Shown here: positions 28,046 through 39,519 of the stretch, piece after piece
Position numbering within the stretch: the stretch's first letter is position 1
How the letters are laid out: every line of letters starts with the position of its first letter
Assembly (NCBI GenBank): GCA_950097015.1
Contig: CATNEN010000003.1
Span: 11,532,001 to 11,596,000 of the forward strand
Length of the DNA: 64,000 bases
Direction: 5' to 3'
Source: Macrostomum hystrix
Taxonomy: Eukaryota > Animalia > Platyhelminthes
Notes under the pieces: generated by a model
What the model was told of the DNA's origin: nothing
Databases searched by the model: none
The model's input: the letters and a program-made list of their open reading frames with translations, nothing else
Position numbers and translations under genes: made by a program

Positions 28046-28884
28046 GCCATTTACCATCTATTGACCTTCCATTTAACATATTTAAAAAAATCGTAAATTT
28101 CAAATACAGATCAGACTTTCAATAATGACAGTAATTGATTGCATCAACTTTGCTAAAACAAACAAACAAAATTTCACGCACCATATAGGGTCAGTCAATT
28201 TTCGGGGTGGGTAGAAATTTTCCCACGGTTCTTGAAATTAAGAATTGAAAACAGAACAGGCCACACACACACAGAAATAGAGATTTCAGCAGAAGAAGAT
28301 GCAACAAGAAAGGAGTATTCCTGATTTTTTTATTAGTCAATGTTAAAATCGTGGGAACCAATCACACTGGGAAGTGTTAGAAATATAGCTATTTATCTAA
28401 CACAATCCAGACATCATTTCAGTCGTGGCCGCATGAGAGAATTTTTGTCAGGATTACGAAACTAAAAAAATGAAGCTTATATAATATACATTATAATAAT
28501 CTGTCAGTGCTGCGTGTGAGAGAGAGAAAAAACGATAGACAAACAATCGGATGGATATACAGTAGACTCGTATGCAACAGGCCAGAACTACTGTCCCTGA
28601 TCACTTTCTAAGCTTAAACTGATTTTATTCAACTGATTTAATAACTATCAAAAGTTCTATGATTGATCTTCTCGTTTTTTATAAGAGAATAGCTAGCTAG
28701 AAAAAAGTTCAATTGAAGAGATATAATACTAGAGGTCACGAGGTCAGGTCGGCAACTATTTATTTGAGAAAAAAGGTTTAATTTGTGTGGCAAAATTAGT
28801 TTCTTCTTGGAGTGGAAAGAAATGTGCTGGATTCTGCAAAGTGCGAGAAAGAGACTGAAAAGGTGGATTGGGGTGACTTAGATA

Positions 28885-30686
28885 GGGAGCTAGTGGGGAG
28901 AGAAAGAGGGAAGATAGAAAGAGATGGAGTTAGTGGGGAGAGAAAGAGATGGAGTTAGTGGAAAGAGAAAGAGATGGAGTTAGTGGGGAGAGAAAAAGAT
29001 GGAGTTAGTGGGGAGAGAAAGAGAGAGAGTTAGTGGGGAGAGAAAGAGATGGAGTTAGTGGGGAGAGAAAGAGATGGAGTTAGTGGGGAGAGAAAGAGGG
29101 AAGATAGAAAGAGATGGAGTTAGTGGGGAGAGAAAGAGAGGGAGTTAGTGGTGAGAGAAACAGAGCGAGTTAGTGTGGAGAGAAAGAGATGGAGCTAGTG
29201 GGGAGAGAAAGAGGGAAGATAGAAAGAGATGGAGTTAGTGGGGAGAGAAAGAGATGGAGTTAGTGGGGAGAGAAAGAGATGGAGTTAGTGGGGAGAGAAA
29301 GAGAGGGAGTTAGTGGGGAGAGAAAGAGAGGGAGTTAGTGTGGAGAGAAAGAGATGGAGCTAGTGGGGAGAGAAAGAGGGAAGATAGAAAGAGATGGAGT
29401 TAGTGGGGAGAGAAAGAGATGGAGTTAGTGGAAAGAGAAAGAGATGGAGTTAGTGGGGAGAGAAAAAGATGGAGTTAGTGGGGAGAGAAAGAGAGGGAGT
29501 TAGTGGGGAGAGAAAGAGAGGGAGTTAGTGGGGAGAGAAAGAGATGGAGTTAGTGGGGAGAGAAAGAGAGGGAGTTAGTGGGGAGAGAAAGAGAGGGAGT
29601 TAGTGTGGAGAGAAAGAGAGGGAGTTAGTGGGGAGAGAAAGAGATGGAGTTAGTGGGGAGAGAAAGAGGGAAGATAGAAAGAGATGGAGTTAGTGGGGAG
29701 AGAAAGAGAGGGAGTTAGTGGGGAGAGAAAGAGAGGGAGTTAGTGGGGAGAGAAAGAGATGGAGTTAGTGGGGAGATAAAGAGATGGAGTTAGTGGGGAG
29801 AGAAAGAGGGAAGATAGAAAGAGATGGAGTTAGTGGGGAGAGAAAGAGAGGGAGTTAGTGGGGAGAGAAAGAGAGGGAGTTAGTGGGGAGAGAAAGAGAT
29901 GGAGTTAATGGGGAGAGAAAGAGAGGGAGTTAGTGGGGAGAGAAAGAGATGGACTTAGTGGGGAGAGAAAGAGATGGAATTAGTGGGGAGAGAAAGAGAG
30001 GGAGTTAGTGGGGAGAGAAAGAGATGGAGTTAGTGGGGAGAGAAAGAGGGAAGATAGAAAGAGATGGAGTTAGTGGGGAGAGAAAGAGAGGGAGTTAGTG
30101 GGGAGAGAAAGAGAGGGAGTTAGTGGGGAGAGAAAGAGATGGAGTTAGTGGGGAGATAAAGAGATGGAGTTAGTGGGGAGAGAAAGAGGGAAGATAGAAA
30201 GAGATGGAGTTAGTGGGGAGAGAAAGAGAGGGAGTTAGTGGGGAGAGAAAGAGAGGGAGTTAGTGGGGAGAGAAAGAGATGGAGTTAATGGGGAGAGAAA
30301 GAGAGGGAGTTAGTGGGGAGAGAAAGAGATGGACTTAGTGGGGAGAGAAAGAGATGGAATTAGTGGGGAGAGAAAGAGAGGGAGTTAGTGGGGAGAGAAA
30401 GAGATGGAGTTAGTGGGGAGAGAAAGAGATGGAATTAGTGGGGAGAGAAAGAGAGGGAGTTAGTGGGGAGAGAAAGAGATGGAGTTAGTGGAGAGAGAAA
30501 GAGATGGGGTTAGTGGAGAGAGAAAGAGAGGGAATTAGTGAGGGGAAAAAGAGGGGGAGACAGTGGGGGAGAAAGAGAGGGAGACTGTGAGGGGAAGGAA
30601 GAGAGGGAGACAGTGGGGGGAGAAAGAGGGGGAGACTGTGAGGGGAAGGAAGAGAGGGAGACATTGCGGGGAGAAAGAGGGGGAGT
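28885..30686. repeat. 25-bp purine-rich minisatellite (GGAGTTAGTGGGGAGAGAAAGAGAT)n, ~65 units, with a degenerate end next to the Sidekick exon 3 donor
   Basis: Direct periodicity with recurrent GGAAGATAGAAA interruption units. Confidence 0.96.
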
Positions 30687-30723
30687 CAGCGGTGCAGGTT
30701 TACAGGCTCACACAGGAACTCAC

Positions 30724-30954
30724 CTGGCCGAGTTGCTAATAGGTGCAGTGTTTCGATACCACGTCACTGTGGGCGGCGGCGAGCCGGTGGCAGTGCACTG
30801 CAAATGCAAATCTGTGCCATGCGAAACAACGGCGTCATTGGCAACGGAGCTTGGTAGCAGGTTCGGGGCCTGTTGCACAATGAGATAAGCTGAACCCGAA
30901 GCAACCGGAGAGGATATAATCGGCCCACCGACTAATTGGCCTTCGCAGACGTAT
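30724..30954 (-). CDS. sdk: Sidekick exon 3 (end of Ig3, start of Ig4)
   Basis: tttcag|A acceptor and AG|gtgagt donor, phases 2/2. Encodes YVCEGQLVGG...SAYLIVQQAP...LHLQCTATGSPPPTVTWYRN. Confidence 0.92.
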
Positions 30955-31401
30955 CTGAAAGAAAAGAAAGCACTTTCAACGTTAGTTAGATAAAGCTTCA
31001 CTTTTCTTTCTCAACTGTTAATTTGCACTTAAACAGAAGGAAGCGATGGTTGAAAAAGGGATGGTTAAGATCAAGAGAAAAGGAAGCCTTCAGTAAGTGC
31101 TAATCCTATTTAAGACAGATGGGAGAACGGTAGTTGATTGGCTTAGCTACTAATATAATAGCCTTTCCACTATAACTAAAAAGTATACAATTTGCAGAAA
31201 AAGTAGGCAGGTGGCAAAGTGGATAGATAGGAGTGTGAATAAATGAGATAGACACGCAATCATAAAATGTCTAGATAGATATGCATTTAAACGGATAGAT
31301 TTAGCTATCTAGATTGGCCTATAGATCTAATAGGCAGATAGACCTGAATATAGACGATCAGAAAGATTCAAATTTATACCGGCAGAGGAAGACAGTGGGG
31401 G

Positions 31402-31713
31402 ATATCTAAATCTAGACGGAGAGATAGATCTAAATCTAGACGGGCAGATAGATCTAAATCGAGTCGACCAGATAGATCTTAATCTAGTCGAGCAGATAGA
31501 TCTAAATCTAGACAGGCAGATAGATCTAAATCTAGTCGAGCAGATAGATCTAAATCTAGACGGCAGATAGATCTAAATCGAGTCGAGCAGATAGATCTTA
31601 ATCTAGTCGAGCAGATAGATCTTAATCTAGTCGAGCAGATAGATCTAAATCTAGACGGTAGATAGATCTAAATCTAGACAGGCAGATAGATCTAAAGCTA
31701 GACGGGCAGATAG
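31402..31713. repeat. ~24-25-bp minisatellite (AGATAGATCTAAATCTAGACGGGC)n in Sidekick intron 2, starting ~8 nt from the donor
   Basis: Direct periodicity; TAGATCTA and TCTAGA palindromes. Confidence 0.9.
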
Positions 31714-31721
31714 AACTTCAC

Positions 31722-32062
31722 CTGGCGGTATCGTTCTGGTCCACACTGCTAATAGTTAGTCGCCTGGCATAGTTAGTTTCCAGGGCGTATTTAACGCCGT
31801 CGTGAATAATCTCGTGCAGTACAGGAGAATTCATTGAGGCCCTGTACCAACGAATTCGCAAATATTCCAACGGCCTGGCGTGGAAGACGCACTCGAAGAT
31901 CACTCGGTTGCTAAGCGGACTGCCCAGTTTGTAGGTGAAATTGCCCGACTGCCATAGCAACTGGGCGTCCACCTGATTAGGCGGAGTGCCTCCCGACACA
32001 ACCAGAGTATAAGTAGGGCTGTTGATGAACAATGCGTCGTGGTAATTGTTTGTCATCTGAGC
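31722..32062 (-). CDS. sdk: Sidekick exon 2 (end of Ig2, most of Ig3)
   Basis: tttcag|GCT acceptor (phase 0) and AG|gtgaag donor (phase 2). FECVFHARPLEYLRIRW...YARRLTISS resembles Sidekick Ig3 (ECIASARP..L...W...GRRLTIS). Confidence 0.92.
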
Positions 32063-32189
32063 CTGAAAGCATTGTAATTCAATATTAATTAGCCAGAAGT
32101 CTAGCAAAGTTGGCAAATAAATATTGCCAAAAATTAATAAAACACATATATGGCGTGAATTCTAATGAGTATTCTATAAATTCCATTTT

Positions 32190-33211
32190 ATCCTTTCTAA
32201 TCCCGATTCTAGAAATCCCATTCGAACATTTTAAATCCCGATAATAGAAATCCCATTGTGTCATTCCTAATCTAGAATCCCATCTCCTCATTTCTTGCAC
32301 CGATTCTAGAAAACCCTTTTTCCTTTTCTAATCCTGGTTCTAGAAATCCTATTTTATCATTTGTAATCCCGATTCTACAATCCAATTTGTCATTTCTAAT
32401 CCCGATTCTACAATCCAATTTGTCATTTCTAATCTCGATTCTACAATCCTATTTGTCATTTCTAATCCCGATTCTAGAATCCTATTTGTTATTTCTAATC
32501 CCGATTCTACAATCCTTTTTTTGTCATTTCTAATCCCGATTCTACAATCCAATTTGTCATTTCTAATCCCGATTCTACAATCATATTTGTCACTTCTAAT
32601 CCCGATTCTACAATCCAATTTGTCATTTCTAATCCCGATTCTAATAATCCCATTTATCACTTCTAATCCCAATTCTAGAAAACCAATTTTCCATTTCTAA
32701 TCCTGGTTCTAGAAATCCTATTTTATCATTTCTAATCCAGATTCTAATAATCCAATTTTATGACTTCTAACCCCGATTCTAGAAATCCCAAATTGGTATT
32801 TCTAACCCCGATTCTAGAAATCCCAAATTGTTATTTCTAACCCCGATTCTAGAAATCCCAAATTGTTATTTCTAACCCCGATTCTAGAGATCCCAAATTG
32901 TTATTTCTAACCCCGATTCTAGAAATCCCAAATTGTTATTTCTAATCCCGATTCTAGAAATCCCAAATTGTTATTTCTAACCCCGATTCTAGAAATCCCA
33001 AATTGTTATTTCCAACCCCGATTCTAGAAATCCCAAATTGTTATTTCTAACCCCGATTCTAGAAATCCCAAATTGTTATTTCTAACCCCGATTCTAGAAA
33101 TCCCAAATTGTTATTTCCAACCCCGATTCTAGAGTTCCCAAATTGTTATTTCTAACCCCGATTCTAGAGATCCCAAATTGTTATTTTCAACCCCGATTCT
33201 AGAGATCCCAA
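32190..33211. repeat. 33-35-bp minisatellite (TTCTAAYCCCGATTCTAGAAATCCCAAATTGTTAT)n filling Sidekick intron 1
   Basis: Direct periodicity with two sub-blocks (33-bp and 35-bp units). Confidence 0.93.
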
Positions 33212-33299
33212 AGCACTTATTTAAATGTGAATAACAATACCTAATTCTAGAAGATTTCAATCCATATTTAGTTTAAATTTGAAAAACATAATAGCTTAC

Positions 33300-33875
33300 C
33301 TGATAGACAAATCCATTCTCAGACGCGCTAACATTCAACACAATGAGCCTACTAGTGCTTGTTGTTATAAAGTGTCTGGCGTCTTCGTCAACTCGGAAAC
33401 CATTTTTAAGCCAAACAGCCGACGGTGTCGGATAGGCGCTCAACGGCGGCAACGGCAGCTGAAGGGCTCCGCCAAGATTTGCGCCGACATTCAGACTCCT
33501 ACCAGAGTCTGTTGGCAAATCGAAATAGCCGACTCGAAAGTCTACTCCCGAATCGCGCAAGCCGCCGTACTCGTTGAATGAGAAGCAACGATACAAACCG
33601 GCGTCAGATCGGTTGACGCGATTAATTCTAAAGGTGAAAGTGTCGTTGTTTCTAATCCATTGACTGTCGCCTTTCTGCCAAGCGTAGACCGGATTAGGCC
33701 TAGCATTGGCTTCGCAATTGAACACATGCGTGTTGCCTTCCATCTGAGTGATTGGCGTGCCTGGACCGGAATTGTAGTGAGTGAAAAAACGCGGCGGATA
33801 GAAATCCTGAGCCAGAGCAACTTTAGCCAGAGTTGTAGTCGCTACTACTAGAAGAAGTAGCTTAACAACTGGCAT
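33300..33875 (-). CDS. sdk: Sidekick exon 1 (signal peptide, Ig1, most of Ig2)
   Basis: ATG at 33875; signal peptide MPVVKLLLLVVATTTLAKVALA. Ig1 reads EGN...C...W...DAGLYRC..N.YGGL. The cysteine-less Ig2 (LPPLSAYPTPSAVW...YQAQMTN) is characteristic of Sidekick. Donor CAG|gtaagc. Confidence 0.92.
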
Positions 33876-34044
33876 GATTGCTTTTTTAACCTTCTTATGG
33901 TTATTAGATGTATGGCAGCTATGTTTGGAAGCCAAGCCAACGATTTTTAATTCGGTGCTAGCAAATTAGTAGATCCACAGAAGTTTGATGTCTTATTACA
34001 GTTCCGAGTTCTCGCTTCTATTTAACTTCTAAATGACCCAACCA

Positions 34045-34175
34045 ATGGCTAGGCCGCGCTGTCCCATACGATCACAGCTGTAAAGATGGCGAAAATGGAT
34101 TTTTGTAGCTTTGCCAGCCAACCAATAGAATAACGAGTACAAACGCCGGTCTACATTGGCCCGTCCAATGGAAAT
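34045..34175 (-). promoter_or_regulatory. Candidate Sidekick promoter: cluster of four CCAAT/ATTGG boxes
   Basis: CCAAT at ~34052, ~34122 and ~34165 and ATTGG at ~34155, in a locally GC-richer patch 180-300 bp upstream of the ATG. Confidence 0.5.
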
Positions 34176-36375
34176 CAATTCGGGCAAATATCAAATTTAA
34201 GTAGCAGTTTTTCTTTTACCGAAACACACTGCTTATCAGTAGAATAAAACACATTAATTTAACAAAAAATAATTAACAACGCACATTTATGTACAAAAAA
34301 TATAGCTTTGACAAAAACGAACTAATAATTGAATATGAAACTGCTCTAAAAATCTGAATGTTTAAAGAAGTAAATAAAAAAGTAAAGACTTGATTCAAAA
34401 TTTTTGGTAAATATTTCTAGTTCCATAGCAATTTTTTTAATATGAATTGTACAAATTTTTAATTGCCATAATTTAATTTAACCAACCAAATTTTTTGAAT
34501 TTCCTGACATTCACTTAGTAAGTATATAAATTTATAGATATTAGAGATCTAGTCCACTTTTTCTAGTCCTAGACTAACACATTAAACTTATTAAAGACCA
34601 ATCATTTATAATGTATTATATATCTAAAATTTTAGGTCATATGTTAAAAACAGTCATTGGAAAAAAATGATTCTTTTGCTTACATTAGTAAAAATACTTA
34701 GACAGAATAAGAATAACTATGTCAGTATTTTAATAAGTAAGATTAGAAAATATGACTCAATAGCATGCAGATATGAAAATACCACAAACCTCTAATCTTC
34801 ATTACAAATCCAAACAGTTATATAGCCTCATTGTGGCAGATATATCTTGAAATATATTACCTGAAAATAGTTCAACATTTAATAAGCACTTTGACAGTGA
34901 GTGTACTATTTTTCCTACAAAAGAAACTGGCTTGATTTCCTATGAAAAAGCAGAACTGCTTGCTCCTTACTACTTAAATCAAGATCAAGAAAAACAAGTA
35001 AACAGGACATGAAGATAATGATTAAAATGAAAATATGCTAATATGCTAAATATGATAATATGAAATTAAAATAAGTCACAACATTGCACGCACTAGGCCT
35101 ACCAAACGCACCATTCAATATGAAGCAGAAAAAGAATACCTCTACCAGGCTGTGAAGAAATAATTTCAAAGTAAATTTCCAGTATAGGTTACAATGGAAG
35201 CATTCACATCGGTAAACCGACAAGTCAAATATAGAATCAAGCATATTAATACCTATTCGAATATGCATACATGAGCAGCTGAGCAGCTCTTAACAGACAG
35301 CTTGTATCGTTGTCATAGACATTGCTTGCAGAATGAACAAGAAAACACAATTGTAGTCGTAAACTGTGCTTACAAACGACATTGTATATTGTTTTTTATA
35401 CAATCATTAGACATCTGCCACAATTGCCTTAACTGCCCATCATAACGGTACCATTACGTACTGCAAGTGTTATAAACGTACTAGTGAAAACGCGGACTCC
35501 GCCCATTCTCAGCAAAATTTTAAAACAAGGAAATGAAGCAACATCGTTTGATATTTAAAGTAATACTTTAGAGACTTTTCTATTATTATAATAATATTAG
35601 TAATGTTTTTGCATTTTTTTATTATTTTAATTTAAAATTTTCGATAGCTGTTGTGTATTCAACAAATAGTTTTTGTTTTTCTATAGATATTCTCAAAGCC
35701 GTGGAATTTTGAAAAGTTTGTAAAGGTCTGAAAAGTTGTTCGCATAATTTTAAATACGAGCGTAGCTAGAGTAGTTTGGATATCAAAATCAAATATTCCT
35801 TTTTATTTAATACTTATTTCCTTTCCATATTTACTGCTATAATAACACATTTGCAAATGATTCTGTACTATATTCATTAACGTCGCTTTCATCGCTAATT
35901 TTACTTCGCTTAAGTTTAATAACTGCCGTTTTTGCTTTTTAATGCTAATTCTTTTACTTTTTACTTCAATTTGTGTTTCTAAATATTTTAAGAATTTTTT
36001 TCCGTTTTTTTCTTCCCATACTTGAATTCCGATCAAGCTGGTTATAGTATCAATTAAAATGTCGCAAATGAAGTTTAGCAAAATCTCCAGTAATCTTTTT
36101 ACGAGCCATAATAAAAGCCTTCCGATCTCGCAAAGCATTATTTTGATATAACAATTGTCACGACGAAGCATTTTTGTGCACGCTTTTTTAGGAGCGGTCG
36201 TTGTTATTAAATTACATGATGCGATTTTGCCGATTGCTGAGCGTTTCAGAAGTTTATTAATTCAAACAAAGAATCGGCTCTACCTTCATATATATTGCAT
36301 GGGCGTAGCCAGGGTGGGGGCAAGGGTGATCGCGGCCTCCTTCTTAACGGCTGACGAAACTATGTGGCACCCCAT

Positions 36376-36757
36376 TGAATAGTACGGGTATAGTGGCGCC
36401 CCATGAATAGTACGGGTAGTGCAGTCGCCCCATGAATAGTACGGGTAGTGGCGCCCCATGAATAGTACGGGTAGTGGCGCCCCATGGCCATGTGATAGTG
36501 GCGCCCTCCCTAGTTGCATGCGCCCCCATGTGTAGAAGTGGCGCCCCATGTGGTAGTGATGCCCCCATGTGGTAGTGATGCCCCCATGTGGTAGTGATGC
36601 CCCCATGTGGTAGTGGCGCCCCACATGTGGTAGTGGCGCCCACATGTTGTATAGTGGCGCCCACATGTGGTATAGTGGCGCCCTATGTGGAAGTGGCGCC
36701 CCCATGTGGTAGTGGCGCCCCCATATGTGGTGGGTAGTGGCGCCCCCATGTGGTAGT
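36376..36757. repeat. GC-rich 19-27-bp tandem repeat (GTAGTGGCGCCCCATG core), probably inside a non-autonomous element starting GGGCGTAGCCAGG at 36301
   Basis: Direct periodicity; GC island in AT-rich intergenic DNA. Element boundaries are not resolved. Confidence 0.85.
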
Positions 36758-36984
36758 GACGGACAAAGTGTTACTACTCTGACAAAGTTGAATTAAAATT
36801 AGGGTAGACAGTGTCGCAAAATGATCGTCATTGATTGATCAATTGGATTTTTCCGAGCTAAAAATCTTTTTTCAATCCTAAAATTATTTCAGCTTTATAA
36901 TGCAGTGAGTTGATATTAAAATTACCATGGTTAAGATATGACTTCCGCCATTACATGTAGGATAATTGCTCCTACAGCAATATA

Positions 36985-37218
36985 CCAATATTGATAGGCT
37001 GCAGAGGGCTGAAACGAGGTAAAACGTCGAGGCGCGTAGTTATTATAGTATCTGTGATCCATATTAGTGTTGTACGAGTAGTTAGCGGGCGTGAAACGCG
37101 TTTCACGGCCCGCCCGCTGCAGTGCATATCTATGGAATTCGACCATAGACAACAGCAGAGCGCGGGCTACCGTTTAGTTTCAACCTCGTTTCAACACGCG
37201 TAGGCTAACTACAATATA
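36985..37218. mobile_element. Fold-back/MITE-like imperfect inverted repeat
   Basis: Central perfect palindrome CGTGAAACGCGTTTCACG flanked by GCGGG/CCCGC, with symmetric arms TGAAACGAGG (~37009) and CCTCGTTTCA (~37186). Confidence 0.55.
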
Positions 37219-37621
37219 GTTTTGCGATTAAACTTGATGAACTTTTGCACTCGATTCTAGCACCAATACTCGTAACAGTCTTTTGTACATACAACATCCG
37301 CTTTTGTATATACAACAAGCAAATGTTTCATGCCTGGTCGACTACGTACTTGATGGAAGAGTATATATAATCCTATATAGTTTGCTAACGATTCAGTAAA
37401 ACAGTTAAATTTATAATTAATAGACGAAAAAAATGTTTCACAAAATTGAATCACACAAAATACAGAAATCAACGTGGTTATAACAACGGCGATAGTTTTT
37501 ATCTTTGCAGTAAATGGTGCTTCTGCTGCTGGTATGTTTGTTGCTGCAGCTCCATGCTACTTTTATTCTCATGACTCTTCTCATGAGTTTAAATATCAAG
37601 TGTATTCTAGGAAAGTTTTAA

Positions 37622-37860
37622 ACTTGTTAAATAGTTGAGCTGACGGTGAGTGACGTCACACTGCTGTTAGACAGTTAAGCTGACTGTGAGTGACGTCATC
37701 CTATTAAAAAATAAAGCTGACTGGGGTGACGTCATTCTGTTAGACAGTTAAGCTGACTGTGAAGTGACGTCATCCTGTTAATCAATTAAGCTGACTGGGG
37801 TGACGTCATCCTGCTGGACAGTTAAGCTGACTTTAAATAACGTACTCCTGTTAAAAAGTT
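37622..37860. repeat. Degenerate 36-40-bp tandem repeat carrying five perfect TGACGTCA (CRE) motifs
   Basis: TGACGTCA at 37651, 37691, 37727, 37765 and 37801. Confidence 0.9.
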
Positions 37861-38359
37861 ACCTTCTTCAGAAGATAAGTGTAAATACTAAGATTAGCCT
37901 AAATACGTCATATAATCTAAACGACTTGACAATTGACCAAAATTGACAACTTCTGAAAAGGCCTCACTAGAGATTCTTCCTGCCAGATTAGACATTCCTG
38001 CAGTATGTCAGATTAGCTGGCGACCGGATTGAGTTCCACTGCTCAGCTAGTGGAAGCTCCAGAGGCGCAGTCTTCACTAGTCTTCACTGAGGCTAGTTGG
38101 TTCGTTAAATCTATTCGATTGGCTAGCTTCTACGTGCAAATCAATGACACAGGAAGCGTCACGGAACGCTCACTAATGAGTTGCAAGTTGACGGACTGCA
38201 TGTATTTTAACTTGGGATATTGACAACGCTGCGCTGAATATTTCCCACTTGGCTTCGAGTTGCGAGTGGCTTGGAGTGCCTTCAAGTTCCTATGAGTGCA
38301 TTGTGCATCAAGGCTTGCTGGGGTCATGAGTGTTGAGGCTAGTTGGATCATGGGAGAGT

Positions 38360-38678
38360 CATGAGTGATGAGGCTAGCTGGTTCATCAGAGAGTCAGTGA
38401 TGAGGCTAGTTGGCTCATCAGAGAGTCAGTGATGAGGCTAGTTGGCTCATCAGAGAGTCAGTGATGAGGCTAGTTGGCTCATCAGAGAGTCAGTGATGAG
38501 GCTAGTTGGCTCATCAGAGAGTCAGTGATGAGGCTAGTTGGCTCATCAGAGAGTCAGTGATGAGGCTAGTTGGCTCATCAGAGAGTCAGTGATGAGGCTA
38601 GTTGGCTCATCAGAGAGTCAGTGATGAGGCTAGTTGGCTCATCAGAGAGTCAGTGATGAGGCTAGTTGGTTCATCAGT
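38360..38678. repeat. 32-bp hairpin-forming minisatellite (GATGAGGCTAGTTGGCTCATCAGAGAGTCAGT)n, ~9 units
   Basis: Direct periodicity; TGATGAG/CTCATCA stem in each unit. Confidence 0.95.
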
Positions 38679-38827
38679 GTCGGATTCCCGAATCCTCCAT
38701 ATGCTATTACAAAGTACGCAATCTTCATATATTCATATATATTCATTTACATTAGTCTGCTCCAATTCTCGTTCGCTACGTTTGAACCATAGAATTGAAC
38801 CAAACCATACATACGTTTGAACTATAG

Positions 38828-39068
38828 TCATGTCATGCAATTTACGCCATTGAGGGCCAACCTCCAACGAACAGTGAAGTGTACACTGCCTGACGATGAG
38901 AAAGTCCAGGGCATATGTACACACCTGTGTGGAGCGTGTGCCTGCGTAGGTATCCATGTGCGTGTGTGCTCAGGAGTCATCGGAATGGGCAGAATTGCCA
39001 GCTCGCTTGCTGCAGGTCTAGTGTCACCAAATAATGTGCCATTGCCCACAGCCCTCCTGCAATTATTT
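38828..39068 (+). mobile_element. SINE family A, 5'-truncated copy
   Basis: Shares TGTCATGCAATTTACGCCATTGAGGGCCAACCTCCAA..GTGTACACTGCCTGACGATGAG with the 9248 element, and the 3' end CAGCCCTCCTGCAATTATT with the 48862 copy. Confidence 0.85.
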
Positions 39069-39519
39069 TTATGGACATCCGTCGCTGATCAGGATCGAGT
39101 TCCATCTAGCATGGTGGCAACCAATTGGCTTTTGTCCATTCAGCGAGGCGTTGGAAAAGCTCATCAAAAAGGAACATTTGTCAAAATAAAGACTTATCCT
39201 GTTCAAAATCCTCAAGAAGTAAATAGTTTAAGCCTTGCTATCAATCCCTCTTTCAGAAGGGACTTGCTGTCTGCTCACAGATATCTATATGGTAAGCAGC
39301 GATTACCAAACAGGCAGAAAGTGGGAGTGAATGCTTTAATGGCATTTCTTTCCCATCTATTGTGCCAGTTTGAACCAAGCTTGATCAGTAAGCCTAGCCT
39401 AGCAGGAACGGGAGCGACCTGCTATGTCAAAAATATCAATGGTGAGCACTGCTTTCTCACCATTGGGAACAAGACAAAAATGGATTCTGGTTAGACAGGA
39501 CGAGGATTTATAGCCTGGT

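Noticed and set aside
38360-38678. CRISPR-like appearance of palindromic 32-bp repeats (also the 43- and 44-bp arrays); CTGATGA on the minus strand
   Set aside because: Units are head-to-tail with no unique spacers, there are no cas genes and the context is eukaryotic. There is no GAAA for a hammerhead.
38878-38925. Hammerhead-like CTGACGA...GAAA inside SINE family A (also ~49010-49052 on the minus strand)
   Set aside because: Only 3 nt separate CUGANGA from GAAA, and there is no stem III or UH triplet. CTGAC pairs with downstream GTCAG-like sequence, giving a simple hairpin instead.
38817-39494. 225-aa ORF; also the N-terminal 82 codons of ORF 53982..54596
   Set aside because: Read-through of SINE family A sequence with no protein motif. 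Only 54228-54545 is CAMSAP coding.
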